Numbered from the stretch's first letter, positions 48,662-59,085 are shown. The stretch is DNA of 64,000 nucleotides from Candidatus Omnitrophota bacterium (GCA_043826565.1 JBDRPX010000035.1:31299-95298); one strand, 5' to 3'. Translations and numbers: made by a program. Notes: generated by a model from the sequence alone, not told the origin.

Positions 48662-50368
48662 TTATATTTTCTTTTTATCCCTTAAGTATTCCACTATCTG
48701 CTTGGCGATATCCGCGGCTTGCCCGCCGCCGTGTCCGCCATGCTCAAGAAACACAACAAAACAAACATTCTCCCGGGCAAGCTGAGCATACCCGATAAAC
48801 CAGGCGTGAGCAGTATGCCCAGACACCTGTGCGGTACCTGTCTTGGCAAAAACCGGAACATTCTCAACATTAGCACGTATTCCGGTCCCATAACTGGTAT
48901 TGACAACTTTTCTCATTCCATTACGAACTATACGCAATTCCTCAGGTGAAAGCACCTGCGGGCTTAGAAACTTCCCTCCTTTAACCAGATGAGGCTGAAC
49001 CTGTTTACCTTCATTGGCAACTAACGATACCATTTTTAAAGCCTGTAAAGGACTTAACAGCAAATATCCCTGCCCGATCGCAAAGTTAACTGTATCTCCG
49101 CCATACCATTTTTGGCGCAAAGCTGTTCTTTTCCATTGCGGATTTGGCACAACACCTCCCTGCTCTGCTGGTAAACCGACTCTAGTCGGCTCCCCAAGGC
49201 CAAATTCTTTAGCGTAATTAGATAATGTTTGTGCCCCCAATCTAGTCCCTACATTATAAAAGAATACATTGCAGGAAGTCGCTAACGCATCTTCTACACT
49301 GACGCTACCATGGCCTCTTTCTAACCAACACCTAAACACGGCCTTGCCCAGATCGTAATGCCCGGGACAGAAAAAGGTAGTACTAGGATCAATTTTTTTC
49401 TCTTTAAGTCCGGCATAGGCGGTAACAATTTTAAAAATTGAACCCGGCGGATATACCTGTAGGCATCTATTAAGCATTAAAGCATCTTTATGTCTTAAGA
49501 TTTCATTGATTTGCTTATTTTGCTTTTGATCCATAAACACATTCGGATTGAATGAAGGCCCGCTATAAAGCGCTAATATTTCCCCTGTCTGAGCATCCAT
49601 TACACTCACCGCGCCTTTTAATTCCTCCATCGCGTGATATATCAAATTCTGCAGGCCGATATCTATAGTTAAATGTATATCCTGACCACGAACCGGCGGT
49701 TTATATCCCAAAACTTCGATAATATTACCTTCACTATTAACTTCAAGCTGCATACCCCCGGGCTGACCGTGCAGAACATCCTCGAGCTCTTTCTCTAAAC
49801 CACTTCTGCCGATAACGTCATTTATCCCGTATCCGAATTCTTTTAATTCCTGGTATTCGCTTTTATGCATCATCCCTACATATCCCAACAAATGCGCCGT
49901 AGCTGCTTCATATATATATTGGCGCTCTGCGCGGGGTTTAATAAAGATACCGGAAAGTTTTGTTCTTTCCTGTTCAATAAGAAAGGCCACATCGCGCGGA
50001 ACATCCGCGGAAAGCAATACCGGATAAAACGATGTCCGGGAGCTGTAATTATAATTAAATGTATCGGCTAATACCTGGGAACTCACATCTAAAAACTTAC
50101 TCAGCTGCTCAAATAAAACACTTTTGTTTTTGCCTTCAAGTTCTTGCGGAACAGCAACCACATCAAAAGCAAGCTTGTTTTTAACAAGCGGAATATCATT
50201 ACGATCATATATAATACCGCGCGATGCTTCTTCCGGAACCAAGCGAATACGATTACTTTCACTTTGCTTAAAATATTCCCTTCCTTTAAGGCACTGCATC
50301 CTGAATAAATGAACAAATAAAATCAGGAATAAAAATATTATTATATTTCGAACAGCATATAATCGCAT
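48662..50368 (-). CDS. mrdA: Penicillin-binding protein 2
   Basis: SIFK, SCN and KTGTAQ transpeptidase motifs; within the mre operon. Confidence 0.95.
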   Translation of the reverse strand: MRLYAVRNIIIFLFLILFVHLFRMQCLKGREYFKQSESNRIRLVPEEASRGIIYDRNDIPLVKNKLAFDVVAVPQELEGKNKSVLFEQLSKFLDVSSQVLADTFNYNYSSRTSFYPVLLSADVPRDVAFLIEQERTKLSGIFIKPRAERQYIYEAATAHLLGYVGMMHKSEYQELKEFGYGINDVIGRSGLEKELEDVLHGQPGGMQLEVNSEGNIIEVLGYKPPVRGQDIHLTIDIGLQNLIYHAMEELKGAVSVMDAQTGEILALYSGPSFNPNVFMDQKQNKQINEILRHKDALMLNRCLQVYPPGSIFKIVTAYAGLKEKKIDPSTTFFCPGHYDLGKAVFRCWLERGHGSVSVEDALATSCNVFFYNVGTRLGAQTLSNYAKEFGLGEPTRVGLPAEQGGVVPNPQWKRTALRQKWYGGDTVNFAIGQGYLLLSPLQALKMVSLVANEGKQVQPHLVKGGKFLSPQVLSPEELRIVRNGMRKVVNTSYGTGIRANVENVPVFAKTGTAQVSGHTAHAWFIGYAQLARENVCFVVFLEHGGHGGGQAADIAKQIVEYLRDKKKI

Positions 50369-50376
50369 GACTGCCT

Positions 50377-50889
50377 TCAGTTTCTTTGTAATGTATATTG
50401 CTTAAGAACCGTTTGTTTTTCTAAAAAATTAAAAAATACCAGGCTTAAAAAAGTCGTATATAAAACTGACCCCGCGATAACACCGATGTGTTCAGAAAAG
50501 GCTGGTAATCCATAAAAATTACCGGCCAGAATATAATATGCGGTTACGGAAAAAATACTGCCGGAAAATGGAACTAAAATCTTTGTTAAGAAATGTGTCC
50601 GATAAACCCTGTCTTCTAATAACCCGGTCATCATGCCGACAGCCCCTAGGATAATACTGTTTATGCCCAGAATCCCTCCGCTTAAACTATCAACACAAAA
50701 CCCCAAAATTATTCCACAGAAAACTCCTCGATAAATACCATTATACAGACCGAAAAATATTACCAATAATAAAATAAGGTCCGGTTTTATAACTCCTAAA
50801 GAAATAATATTTATCAACGTTGTCTGAAATACCAAACTTAACAAAGCAATGATCACAAATCTTACTGTTTTGAATCTGATTTTATACAT
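50377..50889 (-). CDS. mreD: Rod shape-determining protein MreD
   Basis: KPDLIL, polytopic membrane protein, operon position. Confidence 0.9.
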   Translation of the reverse strand: MYKIRFKTVRFVIIALLSLVFQTTLINIISLGVIKPDLILLLVIFFGLYNGIYRGVFCGIILGFCVDSLSGGILGINSIILGAVGMMTGLLEDRVYRTHFLTKILVPFSGSIFSVTAYYILAGNFYGLPAFSEHIGVIAGSVLYTTFLSLVFFNFLEKQTVLKQYTLQRN

Positions 50890-51653
50890 AAAATTTCTTC
50901 CAAACCGGAAAGAGGTGAAAGTGGTTTAACAATACAGTTTTTATAAATCCCCCCTCTTTCGACCTTAATGCTTTCAATCTTTCCGATAACTAATCCTTTA
51001 GGATAAACTCCGCCGACGCCGGCGCTGATAACAATATCACCTAACTCTACATCCGCATCTACAGGTAAATATTTCAGACGGCATAATTCACTGCCGATAC
51101 CTTCTAATAGCCCTTCTTCTCTTGTCCGCTGAACCATGACCACAACCCGGGAATTAACATCACTAATTAGAAGTATTTTTGACACCCAAGGACTAACTTC
51201 AAAAACTTTCCCGATTAATCCGGAATAACTCATAACCGGCTGATTGATGAAAATCCCCTGATCATAACCTTTATTTATTATGATACTGTTGAGCCAGTTT
51301 GTCGGCTCCTTGCCGATAACCTGAGCAACAATGTAACTATGCGGACTTTTTTCCTGCAGTTGGAGAATCGAGCGCAGTCTTTGGTTTTCCAATTTCTCTT
51401 CTTTTAACTGATTGATCTGAAACTTAAGTTTTTCAATCACCTTTAGATTTTTCTCATTATTAGAAAATCCGGTTACCAGCTGACGGGTCTCAAATATAGC
51501 TAGATAAATACGATAAGTAATCGTAAGGGGAGCTTTTAAAAGGCCTAAAAAACCACTTTTAAAATGCACTGATTTATGGGGTGGAAAAATAAAAATAGCG
51601 ATCAGTAAAAAAACAACGGGAATAATGAAAAGTGGTTTTTTTTGTTTAAGCAC
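50862..51653 (-). CDS. mreC: Rod shape-determining protein MreC
   Basis: ENQRLRSIL, INKG, GLIGKV, GGVYPKGLVIG. Confidence 0.93.
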   Translation of the reverse strand: MLKQKKPLFIIPVVFLLIAIFIFPPHKSVHFKSGFLGLLKAPLTITYRIYLAIFETRQLVTGFSNNEKNLKVIEKLKFQINQLKEEKLENQRLRSILQLQEKSPHSYIVAQVIGKEPTNWLNSIIINKGYDQGIFINQPVMSYSGLIGKVFEVSPWVSKILLISDVNSRVVVMVQRTREEGLLEGIGSELCRLKYLPVDADVELGDIVISAGVGGVYPKGLVIGKIESIKVERGGIYKNCIVKPLSPLSGLEEILCIKSDSKQ

Positions 51654-51669
51654 TGTAAAAAATTATCTT

Positions 51670-52734
51670 TCAAAACCGGGATCTTTTTGCACTAACCCTG
51701 CGAAAATTATGAATTTCATTTAAAAATTTCCCTGTTCCCAAAGCTACCGCAGTTAACGCATCTTCGGCAACCCGTACCGGCAAGCCTGTTTCATCAGCTA
51801 ATAATCTATCAATGCCTCTGAGAAGACTGCCTCCTCCCACTAAAACTATTCCTTGGTCCACAAGATCAGCGGAAAGTTCAGCCGGAGCTTTTTCTAAAAT
51901 TATTCTTACAGACTCAACAATCGAGCTTATCGGTTCTGATAATGATTCACGAATTTCCTGAGATGTAATCTTTATTGTTTTGGGCAGACCGGCAATTAAA
52001 TCACGTCCCTTTATATCCATCTCCAACTCTTCCTCTAACGGATACGCTGAACCAATTCTTATCTTTATTTCTTCCGCGGTACGTTCTCCGACCATCAGGT
52101 TATACGCGCGCTTAAGATGCTGAATGATCGCTCCGTCCATTTCATCTCCACCGATACGTAAACTTCGAGAACAAACAATCCCCCCCAACGAAATAATCGC
52201 AATTTCCGTTGTCCCGCCTCCGATATCAACGATCATATTACCGATGGGGTCTTGCACCGGCAAGCCGACTCCAATAGCCGCAGCTTTCGGCTCTTCAATT
52301 AAATAAACTTCCCGAGCACCGGCTCTTTCTGCCGAATCAACAACCGCTCTTTTTTCAACTTCAGTTATCCCTGAAGGCACTGCGATAACAATTAAAGGTT
52401 TGACAAAACGACGGCGTTTGTGAACACGTGAGATAAAATAACGTAACATCCTTTCACTGATATCAAAGTCAGCAATAACTCCGTCTTTCATCGGACGTAT
52501 TGCAATAATATTACCGGGAGTACGGCCAAGCATCTTCTTAGCTTCTTCTCCGACGGCTAAGACCTGATTCGTCCCTTTTCTCACCGCGACAACAGACGGT
52601 TCACAAAGAACAATTCCTTCGCCTTTTACATACACAAGAGTATTAGCTGTACCAAGATCGATGCCGATGTCGAAAGACAGGAAAGCACGTATTGAATTAA
52701 CTAGTTTAACTAACCGTTCAAATAATTTATTCAT
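51670..52734 (-). CDS. mreB: Actin-like protein MreB
   Basis: [27 protein letters not shown]. Confidence 0.98.
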   Translation of the reverse strand: MNKLFERLVKLVNSIRAFLSFDIGIDLGTANTLVYVKGEGIVLCEPSVVAVRKGTNQVLAVGEEAKKMLGRTPGNIIAIRPMKDGVIADFDISERMLRYFISRVHKRRRFVKPLIVIAVPSGITEVEKRAVVDSAERAGAREVYLIEEPKAAAIGVGLPVQDPIGNMIVDIGGGTTEIAIISLGGIVCSRSLRIGGDEMDGAIIQHLKRAYNLMVGERTAEEIKIRIGSAYPLEEELEMDIKGRDLIAGLPKTIKITSQEIRESLSEPISSIVESVRIILEKAPAELSADLVDQGIVLVGGGSLLRGIDRLLADETGLPVRVAEDALTAVALGTGKFLNEIHNFRRVSAKRSRF

Positions 52735-52781
52735 GCAACACCTTCCTTGTTTCGTAGAGATTAAATATAAAATTATATATA

Positions 52782-52810
52782 GTTATAACATATTCGAAAC
52801 ATTATGTCAA
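52782..52810 (-). promoter_or_regulatory. Sigma70 promoter of mreBCD
   Basis: TTGACA-N17-TATAAC. Confidence 0.65.
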
Positions 52811-52819
52811 ACGAGTATT

Positions 52820-54136
52820 TTACCCCTTTTTCAAGCTCTTTAATACTTTCATAAACTCAGGGAATGACTTATGAATACATTCTGTATCTTTAATCGTTGT
52901 CTGGCCTTGGGATAATAACCCTGCGATAGCCATACACATGGCACTGCGGTGGTCTTTAAAACTGTTAACCACCGCTCCTTTTAGCTGAGCCGGACCGCTT
53001 ATGATCAAATCATTTTTCTTATTAACAATATCCGCACCCATTTTTTGAAGATTAGTAACCATAGAATAAATCCGGTCAGTTTCCTTCACACGCAATTCAC
53101 CTGCTCCGCGAATATACGTTTTGCCTTTGGCAAAACAAGCAGCCACACATAATATCGGCAATTCATCAATACAGTAAGCAGCTTCTTTTTCCGAAATATT
53201 AATTCCTTTTAAAGAACTTGATTTTATCATCAGATCCGCGGCCGGTTCCCAACTTTTGAGTCTATTATTTTTCTTTAAAATTCTAATATCCGCACCCATT
53301 TTTTTTAAAAGCGGAATCAGGTAACTGCGCGTTGGATTGAGCCCGACATTGCGAATAGTAATATTTGAGCCCTTAATTATTGTTGCCCCAACAATAAAAA
53401 AAGCAGCCGAGGAAATATCCCCGGGTAGAGTAATTTTCCCGGGAGCGAGTAATTCATTTTTTCCGCTTAAATTTATAATTTCCCCTTTAACCTTTATATC
53501 GGCATTAAACAGTTTTAACATTCTTTCAGAATGGTCCCGTGTCTTAATTATTTCCTTAATCCGGGTCTTCCCTTGGGCATATAATCCGGCTAAAAGAATC
53601 GCCGACTTAACTTGCGCACTTTTTATCGGCATATCATAACGTATCCCTTTTAATTTTTTTCCGCTAATTACTAGAGGTGGGTATTCTTGTCCGCCCTTTT
53701 TTTTACCGTAAATATCCGCGCCCATTTTCCGCAAAGGGAGAATTATCCTTTTCATCGGCCTTAAGGACAAAGACGGATCTCCGCTTAAAACGCTTTTAAA
53801 TTTCTGTCCGGCCAAAATCCCGGAAAGCAATCGCATCGTAGTTCCGGAATTACCAATATCCAATCTACCTTTAGGCGCTTTCAACCCATTCAACCCTTTG
53901 CCTTTTATTTTGACATTTACAGTCTTTCTATTTTTAATAAGCTTTATGGAAACCCCCATATTCCGAAATGCCGTAATCGCATTACGCGAATCACTACAAT
54001 CTAAAAAATGCTGTATGAGAGTTTCTCCTTCGGCAATAGCCCCAATCATGACCGCGCGCTGCGAAAGAGACTTATCACTGGGAGCACTAAAAACCCCTTT
54101 AAGTTTTCTAATTTTTCTTACCTTTATCTGTTCCAT
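52820..54136 (-). CDS. aroA: EPSP synthase (class II)
   Basis: DKSLSQR, GNSGTTMRL, SAQVKSA, RDHSE, ELRVKETDRI, DHR. Confidence 0.96.
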   Translation of the reverse strand: MEQIKVRKIRKLKGVFSAPSDKSLSQRAVMIGAIAEGETLIQHFLDCSDSRNAITAFRNMGVSIKLIKNRKTVNVKIKGKGLNGLKAPKGRLDIGNSGTTMRLLSGILAGQKFKSVLSGDPSLSLRPMKRIILPLRKMGADIYGKKKGGQEYPPLVISGKKLKGIRYDMPIKSAQVKSAILLAGLYAQGKTRIKEIIKTRDHSERMLKLFNADIKVKGEIINLSGKNELLAPGKITLPGDISSAAFFIVGATIIKGSNITIRNVGLNPTRSYLIPLLKKMGADIRILKKNNRLKSWEPAADLMIKSSSLKGINISEKEAAYCIDELPILCVAACFAKGKTYIRGAGELRVKETDRIYSMVTNLQKMGADIVNKKNDLIISGPAQLKGAVVNSFKDHRSAMCMAIAGLLSQGQTTIKDTECIHKSFPEFMKVLKSLKKG

Positions 54137-54262
54137 AATTCTCCAAAACTACCCCGTTCAAAACTTGGCGTCCTGCCAATGAACCCGATTATTTCATCCT
54201 GAAACTACCCTGCCTAGGAGCTTTTGCGTCCGGCAAACCGGCCCGGTCATTTCATCCTGAAA
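54137..54262 (-). ncRNA. Candidate structured leader or sRNA: tandem repeat with four GGA-loop hairpins (CsrB-like)
   Basis: TTTCA-GGA-TGAAA twice, TTTGC-CGGAC-GCAAA, TTGGC-AGGAC-GCCAA; both units end in GGGTAG. Confidence 0.5.
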
Positions 54263-54290
54263 CCCGAAGGGTTCCGCGAGCGTAGCGAAG
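54260..54290. repeat. 31-bp dispersed repeat, inverted copy of 58579-58609
   Basis: Minus strand CTTCGCTACGCTCGCGGAACCCTTCGGGTTT vs plus strand CTTCGCTTTGCTCGCGGAACCTTTCGGGTTT. Confidence 0.8.
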
Positions 54291-54295
54291 TGCAA

Positions 54296-54330
54296 CTAAA
54301 AAGGGGAAGCTCAACACTCCCCCTTCTAAA
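54296..54330 (-). terminator. Intrinsic terminator
   Basis: AGAAGGGGGAG-TGTTGAG-CTTCCCCTTTTT. Confidence 0.75.
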
Positions 54331-54352
54331 GTCTTAACTTATCCCACACTCC

Positions 54353-55324
54353 TTAAATCTGTTTTACTGCATCTCCTTCTTTAATCTCTTCGGTAGTATA
54401 TTCCGGCAGGATCACAGCTGAGGACATGGTATCATAAATTCTTTCCACCTGTACTTTTCCTAAATAATTTTGCCCTCTATAAACTTCTAATATTTTGGAT
54501 TCTTCTAAACCGTCTTTTTGTCCGATATTAATTACAACAAACGCAAACTCTTTATTTACAACAAGCACCTGCCCCTCTAAACTAGCCGGTGGCGGCAAGC
54601 TTATATAATGCCCCTGATCCTCAGGGTTGGGGATCATTGTCTTTTTTTTTTGCGTTCCGGAGCTGTCGTCTCCCACGACAATTTTTTCTAATTCAACAGT
54701 ATTCGCGCTTTTTTTGCGGCTTAGCTGTATAATTCTGTTTTCCAATGATTCCTTAGCCATTCTAATCTGACTAAGCTGTACTTTTAAATGCTGCAAGTCC
54801 CGATTTGCTTCCTTAAATTTATTATCCAACTTTTCCTGCTCTTTATCTTTTTTGGACAAAGAAGCGTTCAAAGAAGCAACCATATTATTCGTATCGTCAA
54901 TCTGTTTTTCTTTTTTAGCCAGCTCTTCTTCTTTTTCGGCAAGTTCTGACAAAGTCTTTTTGAAATCTTGTCTGGTCTGGGTTAAATCTGACTCAAACTG
55001 ATCTTTAACAATAATTGTATCCTTTAACTCTTTTTCAGTTTGCTCTTTAGCCAGCTGGGTTGCCTCCAAAGTCGCCTCAACTTCTAAGCGTTTATTAACC
55101 TCAGCCTCCTTAATGACATACAATGCCACTGCTCCGGAAACAGAAAAGACAGTCAAAACAACAAGCGCTATTGTTAAAATCGAAGTGTTTGATTTCTTAG
55201 GCTCCGGAATATCTGACCCAGACAAATTTTTATCCGGAAATTGGCTTTCTTGAGGTATCTTATCCTGTGGGTTCATTTCAGCCCCAAACGGAATTTCCTG
55301 CCCGACCCCGAATCCCTTATCCAT
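54353..55324 (-). CDS. Hypothetical protein: TM anchor, long coiled coil, C-terminal beta domain (FlgT-C-like)
   Basis: LEGQVLVVNKEFAFVVINIGQKDGL...VYRG...GKVQV. Start at MDKGFG behind AGGGGG, with TTGACA-N17-TATTCT upstream. Confidence 0.7.
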   Translation of the reverse strand: MDKGFGVGQEIPFGAEMNPQDKIPQESQFPDKNLSGSDIPEPKKSNTSILTIALVVLTVFSVSGAVALYVIKEAEVNKRLEVEATLEATQLAKEQTEKELKDTIIVKDQFESDLTQTRQDFKKTLSELAEKEEELAKKEKQIDDTNNMVASLNASLSKKDKEQEKLDNKFKEANRDLQHLKVQLSQIRMAKESLENRIIQLSRKKSANTVELEKIVVGDDSSGTQKKKTMIPNPEDQGHYISLPPPASLEGQVLVVNKEFAFVVINIGQKDGLEESKILEVYRGQNYLGKVQVERIYDTMSSAVILPEYTTEEIKEGDAVKQI

Positions 55325-55433
55325 TAGTCCCCCTTGGTTATTTAGCCCTTTGAATACTTTTGCAGTTGTTATCAGAATATCAAAAATAAAAAAATATGTC
55401 AACCATTTTATCTACTGCACACAGCTTAACTTA

Positions 55434-56183
55434 TTAATAATTCACTTTCAAAAGACATAGTCCTTTAGCCGGAGCAGTGGGGCCGGCTTGGCTCCTGTCT
55501 TTTGACTTTAAGATGCGTTTTACCGCTCCTTTTTCGAACTTCCCCTTACCTACTTCCAAAAGAGTTCCGACAATATTTCTCACCATATTATAAAGGAACC
55601 CATCTGCTTCGACATCAATGAGAATGTAGTTATTACGTTTTCTCACTAAAAGTTTCTTAATCGTACGTATTGAATTACGGTGTATTTTGTCACTTGCCTG
55701 AAAAGATTTAAAATCATGTCTTCCGATAAGCGTCTTTGCTTCCTCCTGCATTGCTTTAATATCAAGCTTTCGGGAAATTTGGACTACCCAGCTTCGATCA
55801 AAAACAGAATTATATTCTCTGTTTATAATCGCATAGCGATATGTCTTACTTTTAGCACAGTAACGGGCATGGAAATCCTTACCCGCTAAACAAATGGCTT
55901 TAATCCGAATATCTTCCGGCAGCAGAGAATTAAGCGCGATCTTTATTTTTTTTAAAGGGATCTCTGAATAAGTATTAAAATTAGCTACCTGCTCTTTGGC
56001 ATGAACTCCGGAATCTGTACGTCCGGAACTAATAAGATTTACATTTTCCTGCAATACCTGTGATAAAACTTTTTCTATTGTTTCCTGAATAGTAACAAAC
56101 CGGGTTTTCCCTCGTTTGCGCTGAGTCTGCCAACCCTGATAATTTGTTCCGTCATATTCGATTTTAAGTAAAATATTACGCAT
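55434..56183 (-). CDS. truA: tRNA pseudouridine(38-40) synthase
   Basis: EYDGTNYQGWQ, SGRTDSGVHA, GFLYNMVRNIVG. Confidence 0.97.
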   Translation of the reverse strand: MRNILLKIEYDGTNYQGWQTQRKRGKTRFVTIQETIEKVLSQVLQENVNLISSGRTDSGVHAKEQVANFNTYSEIPLKKIKIALNSLLPEDIRIKAICLAGKDFHARYCAKSKTYRYAIINREYNSVFDRSWVVQISRKLDIKAMQEEAKTLIGRHDFKSFQASDKIHRNSIRTIKKLLVRKRNNYILIDVEADGFLYNMVRNIVGTLLEVGKGKFEKGAVKRILKSKDRSQAGPTAPAKGLCLLKVNY

Positions 56184-56184
56184 A

Positions 56185-56308
56185 TCAACTCAAAATTCAA
56201 AACGCAAAATTCAAAAATTCAACTTAAAAATCAAAAATAAAAACATTTTTAAAAAAGTTTTAAGTTTTGGATTGCAGTTTTGACTTTTGACTTTTTAGTT
56301 TTGAATTC
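56185..56308. repeat. Inverted TCAAAA/TTTTGA periodic arrays forming a long hairpin
   Basis: ctcaaaa-ttcaaaa-cgcaaaa-ttcaaaa on the left; gttttga-cttttga-cttttta-gttttga on the right. Confidence 0.8.
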
Positions 56309-56310
56309 AT

Positions 56311-57366
56311 TTAGTACTTCCCGATAAGATACTCCGCTATCTGAACCGCATTAGCTGCCGCGCCTTTTCTCAAATTATCGCTAACTACCCAAAGCCACAA
56401 TCCGTTTTTAACAAACGGGTCTTTTCTGATCCGGCCCACAAAAACCTCATCTTTTCCTGAGCATTGTGCCGGCATGGGATATTGAGACTTTTTCGGATCA
56501 TCAACTACGACGATGCCTTTAGCTTTGCTTAGAATCTTTTTCACCTCTGCCGGACTAATCGGTTTAGAAGTTTCAATATAAATCGATTCAGAGTGCGAAT
56601 TCAATATCGGAACCCTTATGCAAGTTGCCGATACTTTAATTTTCTTAGTTCCAAATATCTTATGAGTTTCATGAACCATTTTCCATTCTTCACTAGTATA
56701 ATCATCTTCAGCAAAACCACCGATCTGAGGAATAGCATTAAAAGCAATTTGATAAGCCAAAGGAGTACCCTCAATATTTTTCATATTCTGCACAGGATTT
56801 TCATAGGCAGATTTTGCATCATTCTTACTGACCATATAATCAGTCTCTGCCCAAAGTCTCTGCAAAGCACTTCTTCCAGCCCCGGAAACTGCCTGAAAAG
56901 TTGAAACAATAATTCTTTTAATCCCAACTTTGCGGTGAATCGGAGCTATTGCCGCAACCATCTGAATAGTTGAACAATTCGGATTAGCAATAATGCCTTT
57001 ATTTTTTTTAGCATCAGCTCCATTAACCTCCGGGACGACCAAAGGCACATTTTTTTTCAAGCGAAAATCAGCGCCGTTATCAATAACGATCGCACCTCTT
57101 TTTACTGCCTCCGGAGCATAAGTCACGGCCGCGCCTTTCTCTCCTTCGGTTCCGGCAAAAAGCGCGAAATCCATATCATTAAAGCTATCGGCGGAAATCT
57201 GTTCCACCTCATATGTTTTTCCGTCAACTTTAATCTTTCTGGCACTGCGCGCCAAAACCTTTAATTTATTAATCGGAAATTTATGCTGGCACAACACCTT
57301 GAGCATCTCCTCTCCTACCGCGCCAACTCCGACAACCGCAACATTGTATTTTTGTTTTTTCTTCAT
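56311..57366 (-). CDS. asd: Aspartate-semialdehyde dehydrogenase
   Basis: VPLVVPEVN, IANPNCSTIQ, QAVSGAG, DNLRKGAA. Confidence 0.97.
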   Translation of the reverse strand: MKKKQKYNVAVVGVGAVGEEMLKVLCQHKFPINKLKVLARSARKIKVDGKTYEVEQISADSFNDMDFALFAGTEGEKGAAVTYAPEAVKRGAIVIDNGADFRLKKNVPLVVPEVNGADAKKNKGIIANPNCSTIQMVAAIAPIHRKVGIKRIIVSTFQAVSGAGRSALQRLWAETDYMVSKNDAKSAYENPVQNMKNIEGTPLAYQIAFNAIPQIGGFAEDDYTSEEWKMVHETHKIFGTKKIKVSATCIRVPILNSHSESIYIETSKPISPAEVKKILSKAKGIVVVDDPKKSQYPMPAQCSGKDEVFVGRIRKDPFVKNGLWLWVVSDNLRKGAAANAVQIAEYLIGKY

Positions 57367-57382
57367 TTTCTTCCTTTGTCTC

Positions 57383-57407
57383 GGGCGGGCACAAGGCCCG
57401 CCCCTAC
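57383..57407 (-). repeat. GTAG-type REP palindrome
   Basis: GTAG-GGGCGGGC-CTTGT-GCCCGCCC. Confidence 0.7.
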
Positions 57408-57410
57408 AGG

Positions 57411-58463
57411 TTACTTAAGATTTTCCACCACCAAGTCACCGATTTCAGAAGTAGAATACCCCATTCTACCGGCACCTAAGCTCTTAACCTTATTTTTCAC
57501 AATATAGATTACCGCATCCTCGATACTCTTAGCGGCCTTTTCTTCTCCTAATGTCTCCAAAAGCATCGCTAAAGCACAAATCGCTGCCAGCGGATTAATT
57601 ACATTCTTTCCTGTATACTTCGGAGCTGATCCGCCAATCGGTTCAAACATGGAAACTCCCTGAGGATTGATATTGCCACCGGCGGCAATTCCCATCCCTC
57701 CCTGAACCATCGCGCCCAGGTCGGTAATAATATCTCCAAACATATTATCGGTAACAATGACATCAAACCATTCCGGATTTTTCACAAACCACATGGTCGT
57801 TGCATCAACGTGCGCATAATCTGTAGTAATATCCGGGTATTCTTTGGCGACTTCATCAAATGTTCTCTGCCAAAGGCCCCAAGCATAAGTTAATACGTTT
57901 GTCTTCCCGCACAAGGTAAGGTTTTTCCTTTTATTACGTTTACGCGTATATTCAAAAGCATAGCGGATACACCGCTCAATCCCCTTCCGGGTATTATAAG
58001 AAAGCTGAATCGCTACTTCTTCCGGAGTCCCTTCATTCTGAATTTCTCCCATACCTTTATATAAACCTTCGGAATTTTCACGGACGACTACAAAATCAAC
58101 ATCTTCTTCATTTTTATCTTTTATCGGACAAAAATCTTTATTATATAACTTTACCGGACGTAAATTAATATACTGATCCAGTCCAAATCTGGTTTTAAGC
58201 AAAATACCCTTTTCTAGTATACCCGGTTTTACATCAGGATGCCCGATTGCTCCTAAATAAATAGCGTCAAACTTCTTCAACCCGTCAACTTCTTCATCAG
58301 TCATAACCACACCGGTCTCAATATAGCGGTCTCCGCCATAATTGAAATTTGTAAGCTCATATTCAAATCCGAACATTTTGCTAACTTTTTCTAAAACCTT
58401 CAGCCCCTCATCTATCACCTCAGGACCAGTACCATCTCCAGGCATAACTGCAATTTTATACAT
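57411..58463 (-). CDS. leuB: 3-isopropylmalate dehydrogenase
   Basis: [39 protein letters not shown]; follows leuCD. Confidence 0.92.
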   Translation of the reverse strand: MYKIAVMPGDGTGPEVIDEGLKVLEKVSKMFGFEYELTNFNYGGDRYIETGVVMTDEEVDGLKKFDAIYLGAIGHPDVKPGILEKGILLKTRFGLDQYINLRPVKLYNKDFCPIKDKNEEDVDFVVVRENSEGLYKGMGEIQNEGTPEEVAIQLSYNTRKGIERCIRYAFEYTRKRNKRKNLTLCGKTNVLTYAWGLWQRTFDEVAKEYPDITTDYAHVDATTMWFVKNPEWFDVIVTDNMFGDIITDLGAMVQGGMGIAAGGNINPQGVSMFEPIGGSAPKYTGKNVINPLAAICALAMLLETLGEEKAAKSIEDAVIYIVKNKVKSLGAGRMGYSTSEIGDLVVENLK

Positions 58464-58557
58464 TTGCGTCACCTCTTTCTTTCCCGCCGGGTACCTTCTT
58501 CGAAGTATCCCACGGGAGGCTCGCCACTGTCCATTTCTTAAGTGTCCACATGGCGGC

Positions 58558-59085
58558 TTATTTTTTGTTTTTCTTGCGCTTCGCTTTGCTCGCGGAACCT
58601 TTCGGGTTTTTAATCCAATTTAATAGTCCGCCGCAATTGACAATCTCCTGCATAAAATCAGCAAACTTATCAGTCTTATAACTTTTTTTATTTGTTAAAT
58701 TGTAAATCACACCTTCGGTCACATCTACCTCAATCACATCTTTTTCCTTAATATCACAGGATGCCTGCTTACTCACAAGTATCGGCAATCCGATATTAAT
58801 TGCATTGCGGTAAAATATCCGGGCAAAACTTTCCGCGATAACACATGATATCCCGCAGCCCTTAATCGCAATCGGCGCATGCTCACGAGAAGAACCGCAT
58901 CCGAAATTCTTACCGGCAACCATACAGTCTCCTATTGAAATCTTTTTCAAAAATTTTCCGTCAATATCTTCCATGCAATGCTCTCCCAGTTCCCGAGCAT
59001 CAAATGTATTTAGATATCGCGCGGCGATAATTTCATCAGTATTGATATTATCGCCAAACCGCCAAGCAGTGCCTTTTAATTTCAT
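58558..59085 (-). CDS. leuD: 3-isopropylmalate dehydratase small subunit
   Basis: NINTDEII, NFGCGSSREHA, FARIFYRNAINIGL. Confidence 0.95.
   Translation of the reverse strand: MKLKGTAWRFGDNINTDEIIAARYLNTFDARELGEHCMEDIDGKFLKKISIGDCMVAGKNFGCGSSREHAPIAIKGCGISCVIAESFARIFYRNAINIGLPILVSKQASCDIKEKDVIEVDVTEGVIYNLTNKKSYKTDKFADFMQEIVNCGGLLNWIKNPKGSASKAKRKKNKK

Noticed and set aside
54137-54262. Mini-CRISPR, guanidine-II riboswitch or self-cleaving ribozyme
   Set aside because: Only two units with related interiors; the loops are GGA-centred rather than ACGR; no hammerhead, HDV or twister core could be matched by eye
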